In this document: piece by piece, positions 1 through 11,911 of the stretch
Position numbering within the stretch: position 1 is the stretch's first letter
How the letters are laid out: every line of letters starts with the position of its first letter
Source: Eledone cirrhosa
Taxonomy: Eukaryota
NCBI GenBank assembly: GCA_964016885.1
Contig: OZ024743.1
Coordinates: forward strand, 28,830,001 to 28,894,000
Length of the DNA stretch: 64,000 nt
Direction of reading: 5' to 3'
Made by a program: the position numbers and the translations under genes
The notes under the pieces: generated by a model
What the model was told of the DNA's origin: nothing
The model's database searches: none
The model's input: only the letters and a program-made list of their open reading frames with translations

Positions 1-589
1 ACACACACACCCACACATTGCTAAATCTGACCTTTATAAAATAACCCACACCCCCCAAATAACTTCTCATTCACTACCAGAAAGGCACACAGCAGTCAAC
101 TAGCTGCTACCAAGATGAAAACTACTGTGAAATCCCACAATGAATTTTATACTTGAATTTTCAAATCTCAAATTTTAACTCTTCGTATTATTAATTTTTC
201 TTAATATTAATCAACATTTGAAAAGATGGCTTTTGCAGACCCATCGAAACCGGTCATTTTTTATACCCTTTATTATTTCCTTACCTTATAAAATTATATG
301 TTTTTTCACAAAAAATTATTCTGTCTCTTATATATTCCATGTGCCATTACCAACCTCAATTTTCTCTATAACCTTCGTTTTGTGTAGAAAATTACACTTT
401 TCATATATATATATATATATATATGAATGTATATATAGTGTATTTTGCAATACACTGTATATATATCATCTTGGCTAAGAGAGTGAGACTGGCTTTGTGC
501 AGTGCCTTTGCTCACTATAAAAGCTTCACGGCACAGGCATTGCTTTATATCTGGAGATCTCTCTGCACTTGTCGTCACATGGTACCATG

Positions 590-751
590 GGCCCAGCACT
601 ATGTGTCAATAATTGTCACAAGTGTAGTGTTTGTACCAGAGTGTTCAAGTCGCTGGCTGGACTAAAAAGTCACACTCGTTCAGCGCATCAGTAGGGGTTC
701 TCCTACATAGATATAAAGTAGTGGCCGTACTCGAAAACGAGTTGGCAGCCA

Positions 752-755
<4 letters not shown>
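590..755 (+). mobile_element. 3' end of an RTE-like LINE (C-terminal zinc finger plus short 3' UTR ending at (TA)n)
   Basis: 611-694 translates NCHKCSVCTRVFKSLAGLKSHTRSAHQ*, a CxxC...HxxxxH finger like RTE ORF C-termini; followed by hairpin ACTCG-AAAA-CGAGT and (TA)n. Confidence 0.6.
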
Positions 756-801
<46 letters not shown>

Positions 802-806
<5 letters not shown>

Positions 807-980
807 AAAAAGTACGACCCCGTCGGCAGAGCTCAAGCCGTTTCGTCCAGAAATAGCCGTCGAAACGGCTTGAGCTCTGCCCTCGGGGTCATACATTTTC
901 CTATTTCCCACTCTACTACCCTAAGTATTGAGTACTCTGGTGCGTTAGGGTCCATCTGGTTCCTTACCACAATTCCTTTG

Positions 981-985
<5 letters not shown>
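802..985 (+). repeat. Short fold-back element (arms 802-845 / 861-904) of a family also at 17995-18140 (minus); probably Penelope pLTR-derived
   Basis: ATAGGAAAAAGTACGACCCCGTCGGCAGAGCTCAAGCCGTTTCG pairs with CGAAACGGCTTGAGCTCTGCCCTCGGGGTCATACATTTTCCTAT; 855-980 aligns to the reverse complement of 18001-18130; flanked by (TA)n. Confidence 0.6.
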
Positions 986-1019
<34 letters not shown>

Positions 1020-1530
1020 CTCCCTTATACAATCCTACCCAACAACAAAATACAAGCCTAAACAGACTACCCAGATTACACTACATAACATATAAATACC
1101 TAGTGGATACCACTGCAGTCCTTCACACCAGAAACCTTTTATCAATGTATATAATGTTTTTATTCTTATACAGCCCTACCCAATACTTAAGTACAACTTG
1201 CCTAAACTCATCAATAACACACCACACAATATATAATAAGGCAATTAAATACAATTGAAATTATTAAATTAATTAAATCCCACCCTCCATACTGGTACTA
1301 AGAGAGCGATCTTTACTAGGCCACAATCGCCCTTAATATAGGGGTTCTCTCGAAAGGATGAAAGGTAATTTTGACTTCGGTAGGATTTTAACACAGAATG
1401 CACAGATCTGGAACAAATAACGAGACGTTTAATTTTCTTCTTTAATGATTTTAGCAATGTTTCTAAGAGAGAGATGGAGTGATAAAAAGTGTAGAGAAGC
1501 CCACGTGATGTTTTCTGACTATGTTCCTTT

Positions 1531-1730
1531 CGCGGACCTGCCAACCGCTAAAAACCCAAACGGGAAGTAGCATGAAAAACAGTGCCCGAAAACGGGGAGA
1601 AATGAAGCAAAATGGAGGGGGGCGTACTTAATGAAAGCTATACCCATTTTTACAAGAGAAGACATCCCCCACCCACCCCAAAGTCGGTGGGAGATCTCCC
1701 CGTCGGATGGGGAGAGTTGACAGGTCTGCT
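1531..1730. mobile_element. ~200-bp MITE-like element with 14-bp imperfect TIRs
   Basis: GCGGACCTGCCAAC at the left end and GTTGACAGGTCTGC at the right end; no clear TSD. Confidence 0.45.
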
Positions 1731-2145
1731 TTTGCAACAAGCTATTCATCGTCTTTGTGAAAATATTAACATCCTTTTATTATTGACAATAAAATTTAAT
1801 ATTCCAACAACTATTTGTTTTAAAATTTAGTAGTTATACTGTTATTTAATAACAGTTATATTAAGATAATGCATTTAACTGGCTTCACAGAGGTATTTTG
1901 GGCCGTTTTAATTGATTTTACAGTTAAAGCAATTGAATAATTTCAGTACTTTCGTGTTGAGGCAATTATATGATGTAGTTAGTGAAGACAATTGTAAGTT
2001 AATTATTTGTTATCTAAACGTTTGGGGATAGTTATTGTTAACAAGATTATGTTGCAAGCTAACAACCTCAGATTTAGAGATGAAAATATTATTTTCTTTT
2101 CTATTTATTTCCTTTGGGATATTTTAGGTCGGCGTTATTTAGTAT

Positions 2146-2328
2146 GGATTGGCAGTATCGGTAGAGGGTCAGACACCATGCTTTCCAGCATAGTTACGTC
2201 CCTTTACGATCTGAGTTCAAATCCCGCCGAGGTTGACTTTGCCTTTCATCCTTACGGGGTCGATAAAATAAAGTACCAGTAATGCACTGGGTAATTGCTG
2301 GCCTTATGCCTAAAGTAGAAACAGTTAT
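2146..2328 (+). mobile_element. tRNA-derived SINE with Meta-like core; TSD GTTATTTAGT (duplicate at 5615-5797)
   Basis: A-box-like TGGCAGTATCGGTAGA, B-box GAGTTCAAATCCC, core GCCTTTCATCCTTACGGGGTCGATAAAATAAAGTACC; many copies in the window. Confidence 0.85.
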
Positions 2329-2430
2329 TTAGTGAGCTCTGATTGAGCATGTCTATGATCAAGTGTTGTAGTCATCACCATTATGTTGTAGTTTTTATCT
2401 ATTTATTTTATCGATTATTATTTATCTATG

Positions 2431-2730
2431 ACTAGCAGAGGTACCCGCGGTTGCTCGGGTATTAAATAGCAGGCAAGTATAGCATTCATGTCAATACTTC
2501 AGTGCTGCTTCGAAAACTATACTTGTAGAAAATCATTGGCTTTTTCGCAAAAGGGGGTTCCTGCCCCCAGGGATCCCCTACTCAATATGTGCCAATTCTA
2601 TGTGTTCAAATTCATCTGTAGAACATACGTAGCCCATGTGTCAAGTTTGGTGAAAATCGGTTGTGAACTCCAGGTCCCTCGGAGGCGCTGTAAAACTAAA
2701 GAGGAGGCACTGGACGATAAAAGGGGGATT
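2431..2730 (-). mobile_element. Non-autonomous Helitron-like element, 3' portion (duplicate ~5900-6200)
   Basis: Reverse complement ends TACCCGAGCAACCGCGGGTACCTCTGCTAGT (GC hairpin then CTAG-T), the Helitron 3' signature. Confidence 0.6.
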
Positions 2731-2792
2731 GTAGTAGTAGTAGTAGTAGTAGTAGAGCAGCAGCAGCGGAGCAATAGAATAGCAGTAGTAGC

Positions 2793-2854
<62 letters not shown>

Positions 2855-2857
2855 CAA

Positions 2858-2906
<49 letters not shown>

Positions 2907-3343
2907 TAATTATGAATATATTTGTATATTTCGTTTACTTAATATATAAAACTGTAGTTGCGTGTGTGTGTGTGTGTGTGTCCTCATTTTTACAAAGTCT
3001 ATACAAATCCACATTTCTACTCCGATTGACTTCCAACTTGCATTAATATATTCCTTACAGTCTAAAGATATTAACTGCAACTTTTATCTTTCAATTTTCT
3101 GTTTTTAAAGGGGTATTAAGCGCCGGTAATCGATCTCCGTCGTGCCCTTATAATATCTGTCTGTATGCCTGGTTATCTGCATAACGACATTATGACCAAC
3201 ACGTCATTGCTGACGTATTATCTTCGCCACATTCACACACACACACACATATATATATACATATACATATATATATACACATATATATATACACATATAT
3301 ACATATACACACACATATATATACACATATACATACATATATG

Positions 3344-3412
<69 letters not shown>

Positions 3413-3502
3413 ATGTGTATATGCATATATATATATATATTTCGTTTCTGAATTTGTTTAGCAAGATTCTTTATCTGAAAACGTGTGTTGAAACCGATAT
3501 TG

Positions 3503-3673
3503 TTATACTTTGGGAGGGTCATGTTGCCAATAAGAAACAAACGTACCAGTTGCTTTCACTTCAATTTATTATAATAAATTTATAAATTCCTAAATTTATA
3601 AATTTATTATAATAAATTGAAGTGAAAGCAACTGGTGCGTGTGTTTCTTATTGGCAACATGACCCTCCCAAAG

Positions 3674-3678
<5 letters not shown>
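3503..3678. repeat. Near-perfect ~175-bp palindrome (duplicate 7035-7210)
   Basis: Arms 3503-3588 and ~3592-3678 are reverse complements with about 2 mismatches and a 3-4 nt loop; ends at (TA)n. Confidence 0.9.
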
Positions 3679-3723
<45 letters not shown>

Positions 3724-3866
3724 CACATACAAATACATATACTCATATACTGTGTCATCTTTTTTTCTTTTTTTTTTATAAATATACACATAAAAATATA
3801 TCTATCTATCTATCTATCTATATAGGGCGGGTAAAATTCTCCGAGATCCATGGACGAGTTCTCTCC

Positions 3867-4612
3867 AGCGTGTGTTTTGGCCGTGTAAAAAAGGTTATAA
3901 CAAGAAGATAGAAATATCAAAAAATTCAAAAGTTCCGCAATAGGCGGAAAACTTCCGAAGGTCACTCGTGGCGAAAACCACACAAAATACCACGGCCACC
4001 CTGACCACCAGGGCAAGCGCCCTCTCTTAGTTTCCCACTTCTCAGTCTACAGGCGCATAATCAGAACAGGCCCGGTCAAGCGCCGGAAATGTCCAGATGC
4101 TCGGCACCGCTCTCAAGGAATATGAAGCGGTGACAGGAGCAGAGTTAAACCAGGAAAAGTCTGTGGGCTTGCAGCTCGGCACCTGGAGAGGCAACTCCAT
4201 GCCGCCCGACAGCGTCGTAGGGCGCTGGACGTAAGGAACGGTTAAATTGCTCGGGATCTGGTTAGGTCCGGACCTCCAGATGGAGAAAAACTGGAGCAAG
4301 GTGACGAACAGGGTGGCCTCTCTCACCCAGAAATGGGCCGAGAGGAAGCTGTCCCTGAAAGGTCGGGAAGAGGTGGCGAATGCGTTCATCACATCCGTCA
4401 TCTGCTACCGCCTAACCGTTGTGCCTTGCCCCGGATCAACTCTGACAAAAATGGAGCGCCTCCTCTTCCGCTTTTTATGGAAGGGACGTGCTCCCATGGT
4501 CAGACGATCCCTCTGCTGTCAACACCCGTTTCGTGGAGGGTTGGTCATGCCGTGGCTGATGATGCGCAAACACGCGCTGAAGCTGCGACATCTCTGGTGC
4601 TTCCTTGACGGT
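3867..4612 (-). mobile_element. Tx1/L1-like LINE fragment with internal inversion: 3' end on minus (3867-~4090), RT fragment on plus (~4098-4612); duplicate 7395-8140
   Basis: Minus strand gives ...RLTGPVLIMRL* plus a 3' UTR similar to 46230-46420; plus ORF LGIWLGPDLQMEKNWSKVTNRVASLTQKWAERKLSLKGR matches ORF2 at 44950-45460. Confidence 0.85.
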
Positions 4613-4752
4613 GCAAAAATGAGGACACACACACACAGACAATTTCACTTTTATATGTATGTATAGATATACATACATATACAAACAAATATGCACATAT
4701 ATATACACATATACATATATATAAATATACACATAAAAATATATCTATCTAT

Positions 4753-4990
4753 CTAGGGCGGGTAAAATTCCTGTGATCCATGGACGAGTTCTCTCAAGCG
4801 GTGTCTGTCCCTCATTATCGCTGCCATGTCCTGCGTCTCCAAAAGACCAGTGTCTGTCCTTGGGACATCAACATATGTTAACTTCGGTCTTCCTCTTCCA
4901 GTATGTCCATGCAGGGGCTCCCACAGGAGCACTGAGTGCAGTGTCAACTCTGGATGTCGGTGAGCATGTCCAGTTCGTGAGTTTTTAACA
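4753..4990 (-). mobile_element. RTE-clade LINE 3' fragment (duplicate 8281-8518; short pieces 3822-3868 and 7350-7396)
   Basis: [35 protein letters not shown]...AAIMRDR.., typical RTE C-terminal GH..R / GRP..T motif. Confidence 0.75.
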
Positions 4991-6199
4991 GGCACTCACA
5001 AATAAACGTTTCTCATTGGAGGTGCTATTACGAATGTTCTTACCCGTGCAACGCCGGGATACACTGAGAAATGAAGCAAAATGGAGGGGGGCGTACTTAA
5101 TGAAAGCTATACCCATTTTTACAAGAGAAGACATCCCCCACCCACCCCAAAGTCGGTGGGAGATCTCCCCGTCGGATGGGGAGAGTTGACAGGTCTGCTT
5201 TTGCAACAAGCTATTCATCGTCTTTGTGAAAATATTAACATCCTTTTATTATTGACAATAAAATTTAATATTCCAACAACTATTTGTTTTAAAATTTAGT
5301 AGTTATACTGTTATTTAATAACAGTTATATTAAGATAATGCATTTAACTGGCTTCACAGAGGTATTTTGGGCCGTTTTAATTGATTTTACAGTTAAAGCA
5401 ATTGAATAATTTCAGTACTTTCGTGTTGAGGCAATTATATGATGTAGTTAGTGAAGACAATTGTAAGTTGATTATTTGTTATCTAAACGTTTGGGGATAG
5501 TTATTGTTAACAAGATTATGTTGCAAGCTAACAACCTCAGATTTAGAGATGAAAATATTATTTTCTTTTCTATTTATTTCCTTTGGGATATTTTAGGTCG
5601 GCGTTATTTAGTATGGATTGGCAGTATCGGTAGAGGGTCAGACACCATGCTTTCCAGCATAGTTACGTCCCTTTACGATCTGAGTTCAAATCCCGCCGAG
5701 GTTGACTTTGCCTTTCATCCTTACGGGGTCGATAAAATAAAGTACCAGTAATGCACTGGGTAATTGCTGGCCTTATGCCTAAAGTAGAAACAGTTATTTA
5801 GTGAGCTCTGATTGAGCATGTCTATGATCAAGTGTTGTAGTCATCACCATTATGTTGTAGTTTTTATCTATTTATTTTATCGATTATTATTTATCTATGA
5901 CTAGCAGAGGTACCCGCGGTTGCTCGGGTATTAAATAGCAGGCAAGTATAGCATTCATGTCAATACTTCAGTGCTGCTTCGAAAACTATACTTGTAGAAA
6001 ATCATTGGCTTTTTCGCAAAAGGGGGTTCCTGCCCCCAGGGATCCCCTACTCAATATGTGCCAATTCTATGTGTTCAAATTCATCTGTAGAACATACGTA
6101 GCCCATGTGTCAAGTTTGGTGAAAATCGGTTGTGAACTCCAGGTCCCTCGGAGGCGCTGTAAAACTAAAGAGGAGGCACTGGACGATAAAAGGGGGATT

Positions 6200-6236
<37 letters not shown>

Positions 6237-6273
6237 AGCAGCAGCAGCGGAGCAATAGAATAGCAGTAGTAGC

Positions 6274-6341
<68 letters not shown>

Positions 6342-6344
6342 CAA

Positions 6345-6401
<57 letters not shown>

Positions 6402-6867
6402 CAATAGTAGTAGTAGTAGTAGTAGTAGTAGTTAATTATGAATATATTTGTATATTTCGTTTACTTAATATATAAAACTGTAGTTGCGTGTGTGTGTGTG
6501 TGTGTGTCCTCATTTTTACAAAGTCTATACAAATCCACATTTCTACTCCGATTGACTTCCAACTTGCATTAATATATTCCTTGCAGTCTAAAGATATTAA
6601 CTGCAACTTTTATCTTTCAATTTTCTGTTTTTAAAGGGGTATTAAGCGCCGGTAATCGATCTCCGTCGTGCCCTTATAATATCTGTCTGTATGCCTGGTT
6701 ATCTGCATAACGACATTATGACCAACACGTCATTGCTGACGTATTATCTTCGCCACATTCACACACACACACACATATATATATACATATACATATATAT
6801 ATACACATATATATACACATATATACATATACACACACATATATATACACATATACATACATATATG

Positions 6868-6944
<77 letters not shown>

Positions 6945-7205
6945 ATGTGTATATGCATATATATATATATATTTCGTTTCTGAATTTGTTTAGCAAGATT
7001 CTTTATCTGAAAACGTGTGTTGAAACCGATATTGTTATACTTTGGGAGGGTCATGTTGCCAATAAGAAACAAACGTACCAGTTGCTTTCACTTCAATTTA
7101 TTATAATAAATTTATAAATTCCTAAATTTATAAATTTATTATAATAAATTGAAGTGAAAGCAACTGGTGCGTGTGTTTCTTATTGGCAACATGACCCTCC
7201 CAAAG

Positions 7206-7251
<46 letters not shown>

Positions 7252-9442
7252 CACATACAAATACATATACTCATATACTGTGTCATCTTTTTTTCTTTTT
7301 TTTTTATAAATATACACATAAAAATATATCTATCTATCTATCTATCTATATAGGGCGGGTAAAATTCTCCGAGATCCATGGACGAGTTCTCTCCAGCGTG
7401 TGTTTTGGCCGTGTAAAAAAGGTTATAACAAGAAGATAGAAATATCAAAAAATTCAAAAGTTCCGCAATAGGCGGAAAACTTCCGAAGGTCACTCGTGGC
7501 GAAAACCACACAAAATACCACGGCCACCCTGACCACCAGGGCAAGCGCCCTCTCTTAGTTTCCCACTTCTCAGTCTACAGGCGCATAATCAGAACAGGCC
7601 CGGTCAAGCGCCGGAAATGTCCAGATGCTCGGCACCGCTCTCAAGGAATATGAAGCGGTGACAGGAGCAGAGTTAAACCAGGAAAAGTCTGTGGGCTTGC
7701 AGCTCGGCACCTGGAGAGGCAACTCCATGCCGCCCGACAGCGTCGTAGGGCGCTGGACGTAAGGAACGGTTAAATTGCTCGGGATCTGGTTAGGTCCGGA
7801 CCTCCAGATGGAGAAAAACTGGAGCAAGGTGACGAACAGGGTGGCCTCTCTCACCCAGAAATGGGCCGAGAGGAAGCTGTCCCTGAAAGGTCGGGAAGAG
7901 GTGGCGAATGCGTTCATCACATCCGTCATCTGCTACCGCCTAACCGTTGTGCCTTGCCCCGGATCAACTCTGACAAAAATGGAGCGCCTCCTCTTCCGCT
8001 TTTTATGGAAGGGACGTGCTCCCATGGTCAGACGATCCCTCTGCTGTCAACACCCGTTTCGTGGAGGGTTGGTCATGCCGTGGCTGATGATGCGCAAACA
8101 CGCGCTGAAGCTGCGACATCTCTGGTGCTTCCTTGACGGTGCAAAAATGAGGACACACACACACAGACAATTTCACTTTTATATGTATGTATAGATATAC
8201 ATACATATACAAACAAATATGCACATATATATACACATATACATATATATAAATATAGACATAAAAATATATCTATCTATCTAGGGCGGGTAAAATTCCT
8301 GTGATCCATGGACGAGTTCTCTCAAGCGGTGTCTGTCCCTCATTATCGCTGCCATGTCCTGCGTCTCCAAAAGACCAGTGTCTGTCCTTGGGACATCAAC
8401 ATATGTTAACTTCGGTCTTCCTCTTCCAGTATGTCCATGCAGGGGCTCCCACAGGAGCACTGAGTGCAGTGTCAACTCTGGATGTCGGTGAGCATGTCCA
8501 GTTCGTGAGTTTTTAACAGGCACTCACAAATAAACGTTTCTCATTGGAGGTGCTATTACGAATGTTCTTACCCGTGCAACGCCGGGATACACTGGTAGTA
8601 AGTCATAAACATCGTTAGCTTATCACTACATATGTGTCATTCTAAACGACGTAAAATTCATTCCAATCTCTTTCTTTGCTTGCGACCGGAATTCTTCTTC
8701 ACGTTCGTTCCTTCTTCCGTTGCGTTTTTTTTTTCTATTTTGAATGACATTTGCCTGTAATACTTTGAAATGTTTGTACAGCGTCTACAGATTTTAGAAT
8801 ATCTTACGAGGGTCAACTGAAATATTCCTAAGCTGAAAGGTTCATAGGCTGACCAAGATAATCTCATGGAATGACCAAATGGGGTTTATCTTTCGATATA
8901 GTCCCTGGAAAGAAGCAATACAGTTATTGATAAGAAAAGCTGAAATTAATGCTCTAGCGTCAACCCCTCTGTGCCAGCCTATAAACATTTCAGTCGACTC
9001 GTAGTTAATGAAGATACCTTGAAAGAACATATGAACTAGATGTGGCAGCCCTCCTGGACCCTGTAGGTATGGAAAACAGATGTTTAAAAAGAGCGATGAC
9101 GATAGGGATAGCAGCGTTAATATTAATAATGATGATGATGATGACGATGTTGATGAGGAGGTTAATGTACCCCCCAAAATGCGGACTACGATATTCTGGA
9201 TACAATTTTAAATTTTCCAACTCATGAAAACATAGTATACCGGACACGCTTCTCAATATACTCCATGGTCAACTCACTCCCTTCTATGATATGTCGGTCG
9301 CTCTCCCTCTGTGGGATGCACCCCTCTCTGTTAGCAAGCAGCTTGTAACGCGAGGCCTGTTTTCTCATCTTCTCTCGTCATTGCCTCTGGAGGGTTAAGA
9401 AGAATCGAAGTCAATGTTGCAGCATCTGTACAAGATTTATTG

Positions 9443-9535
9443 GCATTTTACAATTATTTCGATATCGATCAGCTCAGGGTAGAATCAAGATGACGAGGCC
9501 TGGCTCTTTTTCGTTCGACTTCTCGTCAGATATGC
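9443..9535 (-). ncRNA. Type I hammerhead ribozyme-like fold with long (~62 nt) stem II domain
   Basis: Minus: GCATAT-CTGACGA-GAAGTCGA...TCGATATC-GAAA-TAATTG-TA-AAATGC, then AATAAA; stems I, II and III all pair. Confidence 0.7.
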
Positions 9536-10568
9536 GAGTTTATATGTGCAAAGACACACTCACTCAAAGAATATAAATCAGAAAGAATATAAATTGCTTG
9601 GTCAGAGAATAAATTTAAAAGCTCGTGCAATAATAATTGATTCTACGTTAGGCACAAGGCCAGCAAGTACCCAGTGCATAACTGGTACTTTATTTTATCG
9701 ACCCCGTAAGGAAGAGGAATGTGTAGAACAACGTCTGGGAAGATGTTCACTCTGAGATGAGCAAAACACTAGTAATTTTCAAAGAGGTAATTATGAAGGC
9801 TGTAATGGAGGAGGAGGAGGAGGAGGAGGAGGAGGAGGAGAAGAAGAAGAAGAAGAGGAAGAAGAAAAAGAAAGAAAGAAAGAAAGAATGAAGAAAGAAA
9901 GAAAGAAAGGAAAAGATGAAGAAGAGGAGGCTATGAAAACTATTCTCAATTGCTTTAAATGTTTGTAAGGATATGGTACGACACTTTATATCCGGGATAT
10001 TTAGACGTATGAAAATATCAACTGGTTTAGTTGCTGTCCTTAATGCTGTTGTTGTATAACAGGAGGTAACCTCTGATCAAGGTGATATAAAATCAAATTC
10101 CTTCCACCCATGACCAGCTTGTTTGTTTTAACTTTATAATACTTATGACTACATTGTGTAATCTGTTCTTCGTTACAAGAGGCTGAATTTGAGAATATTT
10201 TGGGTGCCAATACATACATTATCTGATGTGTATGTTTTTTAGCTTTTGAGAAGATGTGATAGGATTCGATATACAATAGATTTGCTATATTTGACTGCTA
10301 ATTCTAGCAGATCAAACGATCGTGCAAAGGCTCTCATGGTTTTTAATACATCATGTTATATAAGCATATATAAATTTAGATGACAAGAACATTGTTATTC
10401 ATGTTTCAGGGATAGATAAATGACGACACCAGTCAATAACTAGGGTTTGATTAAATTGACTATAAGCCTTCTTGGTAATTGCTCTTTTATTCTTCAGGTA
10501 GAAATACATTATTTCCTATAATATTTTCCCGGTTTTAATAGTAAAACTTTTATATACACATATAAATA

Positions 10569-10688
<120 letters not shown>

Positions 10689-10799
10689 ATGAATATAAAG
10701 ATGAATATAAAATGAAAGTGCTTTTTTAAAAAAAGGAATTTATTAGGTATTGACATATGTTTCTGTAACAGACGGAATACCTATGTATCGCTGCTTGCG

Positions 10800-11460
10800 T
10801 AATCATATAATGTTAGCAAGTATTCGATAGCAAATGTATAATCAGTTGTCACTTCTTCAGAGATTTTGGATAAAATTGGATAAAATGAGAAAAATTGAAG
10901 TATTTATATTAGGAAGAAGAGAGGGGGTAGTATATGACAGATGGTAATTCAATTTACTGCTAAACAAGTATATAAAGGGTTTCTAATGAGAATACCATGA
11001 GTAAATGGTTTATTTTATCTAAATAATAATTTTTGGGAGTGCCAATTTTTATCTATACTTGACCAATTGGACAGTGGACAGGGCTGGTCATTTGGTGTAG
11101 TAGTATTAATTATAAAGTGTCAATTGGGGAAGGGGGAGATTTCGATTGCTACTGAATAACATCAATGCTAGTAGCCAGCTGGTATATGCATTAGAGAATT
11201 GAATTAAGAAATCAGAAATCTCATTTTATCTATAGCAGTTTATATTAAATGGTAAATAATAGAAGAGTTGATAGAATTAAGACTAATAGAGAATGTTAAT
11301 ATCTATTTTGACAATCAAACGGAGATAGAGACAGGCGTTCAATCCTGGTAGTATTTATAATATGAAAATGTAGATTTTAAGCGATGGTTACAGTATAACG
11401 ATCGCTCTATTCTGTTATTTAATAAAATGTTTTTGGATTTCATAATACAAAATAATTCCA
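10800..11460 (-). pseudogene. Possible highly degraded LINE APE endonuclease fragment
   Basis: Weak minus-strand motifs (ITIC.I..P, VAIE..LPQ) with many stops. Confidence 0.25.
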
Positions 11461-11530
11461 TATTACATAATGTCCAATTGGTCAAGTATAGATTAAAATT
11501 GGCACTCCCAAAAATTATTATTTAGATAAA
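11014..11530. repeat. 60-bp inverted repeat pair (11014-11073 / 11471-11530)
   Basis: TTTATCTAAATAATAATTTTTGGGAGTGCCAATTTTTATCTATACTTGACCAATTGGACA versus its near-exact reverse complement. Confidence 0.85.
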
Positions 11531-11685
11531 TGAATTATAATAATATGGTGTTTCCGGAAAGATGTAATGATCGAATTCTGTAGATTTAGGCGGAGGTTTG
11601 TACTGCTCTGGTGTACTGCGTCAGTTTAGTACTACCATACGGCCTTTTCTCTGTTTTCTCGTAATTCATAGCACACACACACACA

Positions 11686-11828
<143 letters not shown>

Positions 11829-11835
11829 TAAAATA

Positions 11836-11911
11836 ACAGATTAAAGTTTAAGCAAAGAATCGCTGCTTTCACCCTTAACGGGATCTTCTGAAACTAACAA
11901 AGTCAATCTGT
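11836..11911 (-). ncRNA. Hammerhead-like fold in Penelope pLTR (CAGAAGA core)
   Basis: Reverse complement matches 29095-29170. Confidence 0.55.

Larger units (their letters stand above)
1597..8594 (+). repeat. Near-identical ~3.5-kb tandem duplication (unit 1 1597-5065, unit 2 5066-8594)
   Basis: GAGAAATGAAGCAAAATGG starts at both 1597 and 5066; both units end ACGCCGGGATACACTG; differences I saw were microsatellite lengths and a few SNPs. Confidence 0.97.

Noticed and set aside
215-262. Hammerhead candidate GATGG...CCATC-GAAACCGGTC
   Set aside because: 3' half is typical but the core reads TTGAAAA and stem I is unconvincing; at best a decayed relic
2146-2230. tRNA gene (A and B boxes)
   Set aside because: No cloverleaf; continues into the SINE core and occurs in many copies with TSDs
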